In this document: piece by piece, positions 11,561 through 21,963 of the stretch | Numbering within the stretch: the stretch's first letter is position 1 | Layout: each line of letters begins with the position of its first letter | Assembly (NCBI RefSeq): GCF_039654945.1 | Contig: NW_027361991.1 | Coordinates: 186,001 to 250,000, forward strand | Direction: 5' to 3' | From: Dendrobates tinctorius | Taxonomy: Eukaryota | DNA: 64,000 bases | Made by a program: the position numbers and the translations under genes | Notes under the pieces: model-generated | Databases searched by the model: none | What the model was told of the DNA's origin: nothing | What the model saw: only the letters and a program-made list of their open reading frames with translations

Positions 11561-12257
11561 CACACGTAGAACAAAAAATAAACTATTTGGGAAAATAAAA
11601 GGTAAAGAGTGTTCACACGTATCTTTTTTGCTGCGTTTTGCAATTTTTCATTGCTTTCAATGGTCAAAAAAACCCACTCGCTAGTAAATGTAGTTTTAAC
11701 ATTTTACTACTTCATCTGGGCATGTGGAGAGTGTGACATGGTCAGACACATCCTGTTTAAAGGGAACCTGTCAACAGTTTTGGCCGATATAAGATGTGGC
11801 CACCGCCTTTCAGGGCTTATCTACAGTATTCTATGATGCTGTAGATAAGCCCTCAGTCCGTCCTGAAAGATAAGAAAAATAAGTTTTATTGTACTTACAC
11901 GGGGGGCGGTCCGGTGCGGTCCAGTCAGACGGGTGTCGAGGGCGCGTCCGGCGCCTCCCAACTTCTTGTGATGCTGTCCTCCTGTTGCTTCATTGCTCCC
12001 CGGCATCATGCAGTGTGCAGGCGTTGGGCCTCTCTGACCTTTTCCAGCGCCCGCGCACTGCAGTACTTTACTCTGCCCTTAGAGCAGATAAGTACGCCTG
12101 CGCAGGAAAGTGATGCCAGGGAGTGATGAATGTGTTGGACCTTGTCTTCTTTCTTCCCCCATCACACCTAATCCGCTGTGAGATAGCGCTCACTGAATGT
12201 GTTGGGGGACATTCACTTAGCAGCGGAATTAAGGCACAAAGGAACGGTTTTCCACTT

Positions 12258-14670
12258 AACCCGGATAGTCCGTCATGGCAGGATGTAACTTCCCGCACCA
12301 TGACGGGCTATGTAGTGGTAGTTCAGTCCCAAAAGCTGTCATAGACAGCTGAGAGGCATGGCAAGAGGAGCAGGGACCCTTGCAGTCAGTCCCAGCACCA
12401 AGAATGCTGCGATTGATCAGTCAATCTGACTGACTGATCACAGCATGAGCGGGCAGGAGATGCTGAAATTTCAGCATCTCCTACCCGATCAGTGCAGGAA
12501 CTCAGTGCTGCTAATGGCTGAGCTTCCTGCACTAACAGCCAGGAGCGGCGCCCCTGGCTGTTAACCCCCTGACTGCTGCGATTAACCGCGATCGCAGTGT
12601 TCAGGGGGGAGGCAGAGAGTCGGGGGATCCCTCTGCCTCAGATTGGCGTTCCCGTGGAGTAATCATGGGGCCCGATCTCAGCTATGATGACCCAGGGTTG
12701 TCATGACATCCCCTGGGTCATCAAGCTACGGAAGCCTCTGAGACCATGCTCACAACATGGTTTCAGCAGCTTTCTCCATAGGCACAATACATTGCAAACT
12801 GTAAAAATTGAAAAAAGGGACAAGATCATTTTTTTTTTTTAAATATGTAAAAAAAAAAAAAATTAAATAGTAATAAAAATAATTTTAAAAAATACACATT
12901 TTTACGTAAAAAAAAACAAAAAAAAAACACGTTTGGTATCGCGCGTCTGTAAAAATCCCGTTTATAAAAGTGTCACCCTAGTTAACCCCTTCAGTAAACG
13001 CCGTAAAAAAACCCCACAAAAAAGTAGCAAATTATACTTTTTCCAAGCGGTATCATCATACCGCTTGGAAAAAGTGGAATAAAACACGATCAAAAAAACG
13101 AATGGTGATAAAAATAGTATCACTGAAAGTGCCATCTTTTCCCACAAAAATAAAGCCGCCATACAGCTCCATCAGTGGAAAAATACAAAGTTATAGCTCT
13201 CAGAATAAAGTGATGCAAAAATAATTATTTTTTCTATAAAAGTTTTTATTGTGTAAAAAACGGCAAAACATAAAAAAAAATATAAATGAGGTATCGCTGT
13301 AATTGTTACTCGAAGAATAAAGCTGCCATACTAATTTTACCACACGTGGAATGGAGAAAAAAAAACAATTCCTGAATTGCTGGTTTTTGTTCATTCTGCC
13401 TCCACAAAAATCAGAATAGAAAACAATCAAAAAATGTCATGTGCCCGAAAATGGTATCAATAAAAACGTCAGCTCGTCCCGCAAAAAACAAGCCCATACA
13501 TGACTCTGTCGGCTGAAATGTGGAAAAATTATAGCTCTCAAAATACGGCGATGCAAAAATTTCCTACAAAAAATTCTTACATAAAAAAGCGTCTTTTAGT
13601 GTGTGAAAAAGGATATAAACCTGGTATCGCTGTAATCGCACCGACCCGAGGAATAAAGTCACCTAATCACTATTACAGCATGAGGAACGGCGTAAAAAAT
13701 AAAACCAATTCTTCACCTTTTATGGATTTGTTCATTCTGCCTCCCAAAGATCGCAGTAAGGCGATCACAGTGGTTCCCCCCCACATACGGGGTATCAGCG
13801 TACTCAGAACAAATTGCACAACAACTTTTGGGGTCCCATTTCTTCTGTTACCCTTGTAAAAATAAAAATTTGAGGGCAAAAAGATCACTTTTGTGGAAAA
13901 AAAATATGATTTTTTTATTTTCACGGCTCTACGTTATAAACTTCTGTGAAGCACTTTGGGGTTCAAAGTGCTCACCACACATCTAGATAAGTTCCTTGGG
14001 GGGTCCTGTTTCCAAAATAGGGTCACTTGTTGGGGGGTTTCTACTGTTTATTCACATCAGGGGCTCTGCAAACGCAACATGACGCCTGCAGACCATTCCA
14101 TCAAAGTCTGCATTCCAAAACGGCGCTCTTTCCCTTCTAAGCTCTGCCATGCCCCCAGACAGTGGTTCCACCCCACATATGGGGTATCAGCGTACTCAGG
14201 ACAAATTGCACAACAACTGTTGAGGTCCTATTTCTCCTGTTACCCTTGTGAAAATAAAAATTTTGGGGCAAAAAAATCATTTTTATGGAAAAAATATGAT
14301 TTTTTTGTTTTCACAGCTCTACGTTATAAACTTCTGTGAAGCACTTTGGGGTTCAAAGTGCTCACCACACATCTAGATAAGCTCCTTGCGGGGACTAGTA
14401 TCCAAAGTGGGGTCACTTGTGGCGAGTTTCTACTGTTTAGGCACATCAGGGGCTTTGCAAATGCAACATAACGCCCGCAGACCAGTCTGCATTTCAAAAC
14501 GGCGCTCCTTCCCTTCCCAGCTCTTCCATGCACCCACACAGTGGTTTACCCCCACATATCGGGTATCTGCATACTCAGGACAAATTGCACAATAACTTTT
14601 GTGGTCCTGTTACCCTTGGGAAAATAAAAATTGGGGATGAAAAGATCATTTTTGTGGAAAGAATATGATT
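12258..14670. mobile_element. Second, truncated non-autonomous element related to 8288-10399, with internal tandem units
   Basis: Shares a TTAACCCC..CTGCGAT..CGATCGCAGTG block (~12560, compare ~8472). The same ~390-bp units recur (CACATCTAGATAAG at ~13978 and ~14368; GGGTATC.GC.TACTCAG at ~13790, 14181, 14561). A second ~340-bp A-rich duplication lies at ~13190-13750. Confidence 0.6.
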
Positions 14671-15040
14671 TTTCTCTTCGCCACGACATCACCCACTGAG
14701 AGAGGGGATCCGCCCCTAGGAGCATGAAACCTACAGAGAGATAAAAGGGGCGGCCCCCCTCGGTCCCTCAGCTCAGGATCAGGGAGACACCGCCCTGGCT
14801 CATATGGAGAGCATGGCACGGCGGGTGGAAGGCGGTGCCTGGCCGGGACTGTGAGGAGGAGAGCAGGGTATAGGCAGTGGAAGCCGCCTTGTCTCTCCCG
14901 AAGACCCAAGAGGAGTGCAGCGCTGCGGTGAGTGGGACCGGTCTGCCTGGGGTTTCCTCATTCCGGCGGTGACCTGGAGGCTCGTGGCCGGGAGCACAGA
15001 GTCGGCGCATGCGCAGAGGGCCAGCAGAGTGCTCTCCCCT
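14670..15040 (+). mobile_element. GC-rich fragment resembling the left terminus of an amphibian DIRS-type retrotransposon
   Basis: Abrupt junction TTTTCTCTT..CCACGACATCACCCACTGAGAGAGGGGATCCGCCCCT...ATAAAAGGGGCGG. The family call comes from recalled resemblance only; no coding motif is present. Confidence 0.35.
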
Positions 15041-15094
15041 GGAAATCTTTATTCATTACATAGTGGCATGCGTTGAGAACAAGAAAACATAAAA

Positions 15095-16532
15095 ATGATC
15101 AATGTACATCAAAATTAATATCCCATGGATGTCTGGATTTGGAAGGATACTCAAAATCAAAGTGGAAAATCAAAATACATGCTGATCCAACTTCAGTGGA
15201 AATGCCTCAAAACAAGGAAATGATGCTCAGTAATGTGTGTGGCCTCAACGTGTCTGTATGACCTCCCAACAACGCCCGGGCATGCTTCTGATGAGGCGGC
15301 GGATGGTCTCCTGAGGGATCTCCTCCCAGACCTGGACTAAAGCATCTGCCAACTCCTGGACAGTCTGTGGTGCAACGTGACATTGGTGGATGGAGCGAGA
15401 CATGATGTCCCAGATGTGCTCGGATTCAGGTCTGGGGTCAGGCAGTCCAGTCCATAGCTTCAATGCCTTCATCTTGCAGGAGCTGCTGAAACATTCCAGC
15501 CACATGAGGTCTGGCATTGTCCTGCATTAGGGGGAACCCAGGGCCAACCGCTCCAGCATGTGGTCTCACAAGGGGTCTGAGGATCTCATCTCGGTACCTA
15601 ATGGCAGTCAGGCTACCTCTGGTGAGCACATGGAGGGGTGTGCGGCCCTCCAAAGAAATGCCACCCCACACCATTACTGACCCACTTCCAAACCGATCAT
15701 GAAGGATGTTGTAGGCAGCAGATCACTCTCCATGGCGTCTCCAGACTCTGTCATGTCTGTCACATGTGCTCAGTGTGAACCTGTTTTCATCTGTGAAGAG
15801 CACAGGGCGCCAGTGGCAAATTTGCCAATCCTGGTGTTCTGTGGCAAATGCCAAGCATCCTGCACGGTGTTGGGATGTGAGCACAACCCCCATCTGTGGA
15901 CGTCGGCCACTCAGACCATCCTCATGGAGTCGGTTTCTAACCGTTTGTGCAGACACATGCACATTTGTGGCCTGCTGGAGGTCATTTTGCAGGCTCTGGC
16001 AGTGCTCCTCCTGTTCCTCCTTGCACAAAGGCGGAGGTAGCGGTCCTGCTGCTGGGTTGTTGCCCTCCTACTGCCCCCTCCACATCTCCTGGTGTACTGG
16101 CCTGTCCCCTGGTAGCGCCTCCAGCCTCTGGACACTACGTTGACAGACACAGCAAACCTTCTTGCCACAGCTTGCATTGATGTGCCATCCTGGATGAGCT
16201 GCACTACCTGAGCCAGTTGTGTGGGTTGTAGAGTCCGTCTCATGCTATCACGTGTGAAAGCACAACTAACATTCAAAAGTGACCAAAACATCAGCCAGAA
16301 AGCATTGGTACTGAGATGTGGTCTGTGGTCCCCACCTGCAGAACCACTCCTTTATGGAGGGTTGATAATTGCCAATAATTTCCATCTGTTGTCTGTTCCA
16401 TTTGCACAAGAGCATGTGAAATTGATTGTCAATCAGTGTTGCTTCCTAAGTGGACAGTTTGATTTCACAGAAGTTTGATTTTCTTGGATTTATATTCTGT
16501 TGTTTGTGTTCCCTTTATTTTTTTGAGCAGTG
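15095..16532 (-). mobile_element. Tc1/mariner transposon relic; frameshifted transposase at ~16243-15228
   Basis: Minus strand shows a paired-like HTH ([15 protein letters not shown]), TVRNRLHE, WRPVLFTDENRF, MVWGGIS, MQDNARPH, EHIWD and LVQVWEEIPQETIRRLIRSMPGRC. One TIR (rc CACTGCTCAAAAAAATAAAGGGAACAC) ends at 16532 followed by TA; the other TIR is missing. Confidence 0.93.
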
Positions 16533-16675
16533 TATTTAAATTGGCTCTGAAAGAACTTTGGTTCTACGTGTCAGCACCAAGGACTATAACATGATGAACC
16601 CTGTCTAAATGCCTGGAGTACACTATCCCTACTCTGACAGCAAACCAGTTTACATAATGAATATTATATATATTT

Positions 16676-17583
16676 TGTGAGGCAGTGACCCCTGTTACAG
16701 CTAGAGGGCGCTGTATATTCTCCCCATGATGTGAATGGAGGCATATTGAGGCTATGGGAATGCATTGCGGTCACGGGCGTAGCTGGGATTGCAGTGGTGA
16801 AGCAGTGACCAGTGTCACAGGTAGGAGTTGCTGTGTGTTCTCCCCAGTATGTGCATAGAGGCGTACGAAGTCCATAGGTGTGCATGGCATGTTGGACATG
16901 TTATTGTCCTAGACAGATTTAGGGAAAACATGCTCTGGGTTTTGTGTTTTGAAACTGACAACTGACTGTATTATGTTATTGGTGCAGTCCGTTTGATTTC
17001 CGGTGCGGGCTTTCCATGTGGCCTAAGGCCAGAGGTTTGTTTGTAAAAACCCCTGCAGCAGAGCATTGGGTGTCAGTATCAGAGTGCAAATTGCCTCTTC
17101 AGAAAGAAAGAGGACTTTTACTCTACAGCGCCACCTATTGGTAGTAGCGATCCTACAAGTCACAATCAACCCTTTAACGAGTCTTGTAGTATGACTTAGG
17201 TTAGTATCAGAGTGGAGTTTGCTTGGTGTGGAGCAGACAGCCTGCAGAAGCATGTCCTGTGTGAGAGTAACACGGAGCCCAGAGGAGCAACTACCGGCAC
17301 CCACAGCTTACACAGTGGTGCGGTCGACTACGGCAAGTGGTCTTGAAGGTGGACTGGTGTATTTATCGGCTGCAAACTGGAGGGTATGGATCCTGGCTGC
17401 GATCCGGAGGATACCAGGTGCTATGTACTGCTGTGAAATGGACACTGATGCTATGCTATTTGATTTGCACTTGTGTGTGAATTTGACTTTAATACTGTGA
17501 GGAAACAGATTAAAGAGACTGTGTGTTTGAACTTTGTGTGTCATTGCCTCTTCATTGCATACATGTGCTATCACAGCACTACA
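16676..17583 (+). repeat. 5' LTR
   Basis: Aligns with 19685-20228 from GACATG.TATTGTCC onward; TG...CA ends. The left boundary is inferred. Confidence 0.75.
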
Positions 17584-17638
17584 TATGAAGGAAAGAATGT
17601 GGGCAGTGTGAACTGAGGCATACCCCAAAAAGTGCTGC

Positions 17639-19503
17639 ATGTCATTTATGAGGACTGCAATGCTGCAGCTTAAGCCGACTGATAAGATAGAGGAAATACT
17701 GAGACAGTTGGCCACCTCTCAAGTGCAACAGCAGAAGTTCCAGGAAAAACAGCAGCAAACCAACAATTTAATTCTGCAGCAGATTGCGGCTCTGCGAGAG
17801 GCAGGTTCCCCAGCAACCATATCGGAAGCTCTGTACAAAGTCTGCTCAGCGCTGAGGAAGATGTCACCTGAGGAAAACATGGAGACTTTTCTCACCATCT
17901 TCGAACGCACAGCGGAGCGGGAGAGTTTGCCGGTGGCTGAGGTGGTGTCCAACTTCTTGAAGGGAGATGCACAAAAGGTCTACCTAGACCTCAGTCAGGA
18001 TGATGACCTGGACTATGGGAAGCTGAAAGGTGAGTTCCTTGCCAGACTGGGGGTTAATACATATGTGCAGGCCCAACGGGTGTTCCAGTGGTTTTTTTCC
18101 GAGACTCGCCCTGCCCGATCTCAGGCCTATGACTTGCTGCAACTGGTTAAAGAATGGCTCCAGCCTGAGACATTAACCCCATTCCAGATGGTAGAGAGGG
18201 TGGTAGTAGACCGGCTCGTGAGGGCACTTCCAGTGGCCATTCAGCATTGGGTGGGACAAGGAGACCAAGGCACTCTGGACCAGGTGGTTGGTCTGGTAGA
18301 GCAGTGTACAGCCACTCAGGACTTTATACAGGACACTGCTCCACTTCGGCTGTCACGTAAGGCTCTGCCAGCCCAAGGAACCGGGGAAAAGTCCAGAAAC
18401 CTCTGTTGGGTTTAACCAGGACCGAACCCAGAATAAGGGGGTAACCCGAAGTGAAGGTGACAAAAGTCCCATTTTCTCTAAAACGGCCCCAAGGTATAGT
18501 TGTGGCACAGTGATCAGGTGTTGGCGATGCCAAGGGCCCGGGCCATGTAGCTGCCAACTGCCTGCTGGTATCTGAAACCATGGACTGCGGGTATGGTCGC
18601 CGTATGTCTATGTATGCCCAGCCAGTCGGAACCACCACTACAGGCACCGACAACAGCGAACCCCAGCTGTGCATGTACTTGTGAATGGGTACCAAACAGA
18701 GGCTCTCCTGGACTCGGTGAGCGTAGTGACTTTGGTCCATGGCTCCCTGGTTGTCGGAGACAACTCCAAAAGACAGAAAGTGGAGGTGATGGGTATCCAT
18801 GGGGAAGTCCAGGAGAACCCGACCGTGGAGGTTAATTAATCATGTGGTAGGAGTGGTGAAGACCCTTCCATATGGGACTGTGTTGGGAAGAGAATTGCCC
18901 CTGTGTTGGTCCCTGTGGGAGACCAGGGTCAACCCTCTCACGGTAAAGGTTGTGCCGTGCATAGAGCCCAAAGATGTTGATGTACCTGCCATAGGGGTCG
19001 CCAACCTAGGGACAGAGTGTAATCCCGATGGGTTCCCCCTAGAGGTATTGGCAGGAGAAGTGAAAACTGTTGTTTCGGGCGTGGAACTCGAAGATGAGGA
19101 GATATCTACCACAGGGGTCGCCAACTTAGGGACAGAGTGTAACCCCGATAGGCTCCCCCTAGAGGTTGTGGCAATAGAGGACAAGGATACTCTACTAAAT
19201 CCCGAGCTGGAAATGTCCCCTGGTAAATTCGGGACAGCTCAATTTCAGGGTCCCATGCAGAGAAACTGGTGTAAAAACCGCAGGTTTAAAAAGAATGCCG
19301 GGATGAACCGGGAGCTTGTAGTCGCGGAAGCGACTAGGGACGTACGCACGAGGAACCCTCTGGCACCGGCCAAAGATGTGGCCTGGGGTCAGGGTAAAAT
19401 AGAGCGCTCGCTAGACAGCTGTGTCGGGAAGCTCAGGTGCGACGTAATAAAGATGGATGCTTGGAGTTGCCATGGCGGACCGCATTGTTTTAGCATGATA
19501 TAG
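17639..19503 (+). pseudogene. gag (SCAN-like capsid domain, CCHC knuckle) and aspartic protease relic
   Basis: ETFLTIFERTAERE...FLKGDAQKVY...LLQLVKEWLQPETLTPFQMVERVVVDRLVRALPVAIQHWV is SCAN-like. CWRCQGPG/HVAANC lies at ~18520-18560 (frameshifted) and EALLDS at ~18698-18716. A block GVANLGTECNPD..PLEV is duplicated with a 120-bp period (~18993 and ~19113). Confidence 0.85.
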
Positions 19504-19684
19504 TCACCGAGGCATGGGTAGGGGTATGGAGGAAAAGGTACCAGGGGCCCAAAGGCGAGTACTTAGGTGACAGGATGAGATGCGGGGTTACTGAACCCAA
19601 AATAAACAAGGTCGAGACCTCCCAAAATCACCTCAAATATATGAATAAACGTGACAAGAAATAATAGAAATAAGTGTAATCTTT

Positions 19685-20228
19685 GACATGCTATTGTCCA
19701 AGACAGATTTAGGGAAAACCTGCCCTGGGTTTTGTGTTTTGAAACTGACTGTACTATGTTAGTGGTGCAGTCTGTTTTATTTCCGGTCTGGATTTTCCAT
19801 GTGGCCTAAGGCCACAGGTTTGTTTGTAAAAACTCCTGCAGCAGAGCATTGGGTGTCATTATCAGAGTGGAGTTTGCTTGGTGTGGAGCAGACAGCCTGC
19901 AGCGGCTCGGCCTGTGTGAGAGTAACACAGAGCCCTCAAGAGCAACTACTGGCACCCACAGCTTACACAGTGGTGCGGTCGACTAGAGCAAATGGTCTTG
20001 AAGGTGGACTGGCGTCTTTATCGGCTGCAAACTGGAGGGTATAGATCCTGGCTGCGATCCGGAGGATACCAGGTGCTATGTACTGCTGTGAAATGGACAC
20101 TGATGCTATTCTATATGATTTGCACTTGTGTGTGAATTTGACTTTAATACTGTGAGAAGACATATTAAAAGAGACTGTGTGTTTGAACTTTGTGGGTCAC
20201 TGCTTCTTCACTGCGTACGTGTGCTACC
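19685..20228 (+). repeat. 3' LTR, truncated at both ends
   Basis: Direct repeat of 16895-17570, lacking the insert at 17087-17202. Confidence 0.85.
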
Positions 20229-20249
20229 GTACGCAGTGAATGGTCTCTA

Positions 20250-20695
20250 TAAATTAATTAAAAAAAAAAAAACTGTTTGAAAATGGCGCCGGCCGCGTCT
20301 GCCAATAGCAGCTATCGGCGTACCGATAGCTGGTACTCTGCAGGCGCCCGCAGCAGCATCTTGCTAGAGAAAAAAAATTGCCTCTTCCAAGATGGCGCCG
20401 CCGGCGCCTGCACAGTAGCATGTATCGGTTTGCCAATAGATGGCCGGTGCCATCTTAGTGGAGACAATTTTTCTTCTCTATCAAGATGGCGCCTGCGCAG
20501 AAGCAGCTATTAGCGATCAGATAGACGCTACAGCGCAGGTGCCGGCGGCGCCATCTTGGAAGAGGCAGTTTTTTTTCTCTAGCAAGATGGCACCTGCAGC
20601 GCTTACTCTGTGGTAGCTATCGTATTACCGATAGCTGCTAATGTGCAGGAGCGGCCAGCAACATTTTCAAACTGATTTTTTTTAATGAATTTATG
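20250..20695. repeat. Imperfect inverted repeat (MITE interior)
   Basis: CATCTTGCTAGAGAAAAAAAATTGCCTCTTCCAAGATGGCGCCGCCGGC (~20357-20405) pairs with GCCGGCGGCGCCATCTTGGAAGAGGCAGTTTTTTTTCTCTAGCAAGATG (~20541-20589); the outer arms also pair. Confidence 0.85.
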
Positions 20696-21289
20696 GATAC
20701 CCTAAAAAAAATAATTAACTGCACATTACGGATGCAATCATGATGCAGCACAGGCGGCGCCATCGCCTGCCTGCAGAAGGGGATTTTTTTTTAAAAATAT
20801 ATATAATATTCATTATGTAAACTAGGGGGCAGGTCATTGAGGGGTCAGAAGCCATACTGGTGAATACCTAATCAGAGCACTACATGAAGACCCCCCCACA
20901 TGCCACCCCAGAGCACGAGCATAAAATTAAATGAAAACTGAAACTAAAGATTAAACAACCACCACAAGACAGATTTCATCACCGGGTATCATTGTAATCA
21001 GTATAATGGTGCCGACCTGACACTGTCTGTAGGTTACTCAGCACAATTCTTCTGACAGGTTCCCTTTAAGGAATTTTGGTTTTATTTTGCAGGGCCAAGG
21101 ACTGTAACGTAATGAACCTTGCTAAAATGCCTCTAATACACATTTTTTACTCCAGCAGCTAATCTTACAGTCATTGCAGTTAAGAGCGGTATTATAGAAT
21201 AGAATGTATTTTAAATAGCCCTAATAAAAAGGTTCTTCTCCATTTCAGTTTCATTCCATTGCTTCTCATGTTTTCATGTGCAAATGAGA

Positions 21290-21381
21290 ATAAGGATGAG
21301 CCCACTACTTGATCGAGCATCTCAAGTACCATGATCCTCTGTCGAGTAATGAGCAGTGCCGAGCACATTCACCAATCACTA
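21290..21381. mobile_element. Degenerate hAT-type MITE, right end
   Basis: CGAGCA/CGAGTA motifs ending in ATCACTA, complementary to TAGTGAT at 11146. Confidence 0.4.
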
Positions 21382-21943
21382 CCTCCTAGAGTTTCTACAT
21401 AAGATTGAGACCAAGCTAAAGATTTAGACCAAACTCATTAACTCAGACCTACTACATTTTGATTGGCTTAGTTTATCTTTACTTGTGTCTTATGATACTT
21501 CATCATATCTGATCAGTGGTAGTCCGCCATCCAGCACTCTGAATCAGTTGTCAGCAGGTACACCAGAAGTATGCAATTTACATAGCTGGAACAACACAGC
21601 TACACACTTTGTGAAGTAGACATTTTCAAGAATTGCAGCTCAATTTCCATTCATTTTAATAGGAGCTAAGCTACAGTACCTGAGAAAAGCACCTACAAAG
21701 TGTGCACAATAGTGGTGCATTTCCAGCTGTGGCGGGGTGATGTGCTAATAGCTTATCAATAGGTGTGCTAGAAATGAAGCAGCTTATCAATGGATGACTC
21801 CTTTAATAGATAACACAAGCTAATAGTCGCTAAAGAATAACAACCTGAATAAATATAACAGGGAACTTTTAATCTCCTGTAGAATAAAATCTTAGGAAAA
21901 AAGTAATAAATAAAAAATGACCCATACAAAAGCATATAAATGA

Positions 21944-21963
21944 TCTTTTTCTTTCATTGTCAG
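21944..21963 (+). promoter_or_regulatory. 3' splice acceptor (phase 1) of the giant exon
   Basis: Polypyrimidine tract TCTTTTTCTTTCATTGTCAG|AT TCT ACA ACA sits exactly at the switch from AT-rich non-coding DNA to Thr/Ser-rich codons. Confidence 0.85.

Larger units (their letters stand above)
16676..20228 (+). mobile_element. Gypsy (Gmr1-like) LTR retrotransposon, internally deleted: gag-SCAN, Zn knuckle, protease; no RT/RNase H/integrase
   Basis: Direct repeats ~16895-17570 and ~19685-20228. The 5' LTR runs TG(16676)...CA(17583), followed by a degenerate PBS-like TGAAGGAAAGAATGTGGGCA. Coding relics lie between the repeats. Confidence 0.85.
11761..21065. mobile_element. Kolobok/T2-type MITE termini enclosing nested insertions
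   Basis: TTAA-AGGGAACCTGTCA at 11757-11773 and TGACAGGTTCCCT-TTAA at 21053-21069 give a perfect 13-bp TIR with TTAA on both sides. These could be ends of two different copies. Confidence 0.6.

Noticed and set aside
17639-18415. Host SCAN zinc-finger gene
   Set aside because: Lies between LTRs and is followed by CCHC knuckle and protease relics; no C2H2 fingers.
1-21963. Upstream (signal peptide) exon of the mucin gene
   Set aside because: No convincing exon found. Nearly all of the sequence is explained by repeats, although a very small exon in the gaps could have been missed.
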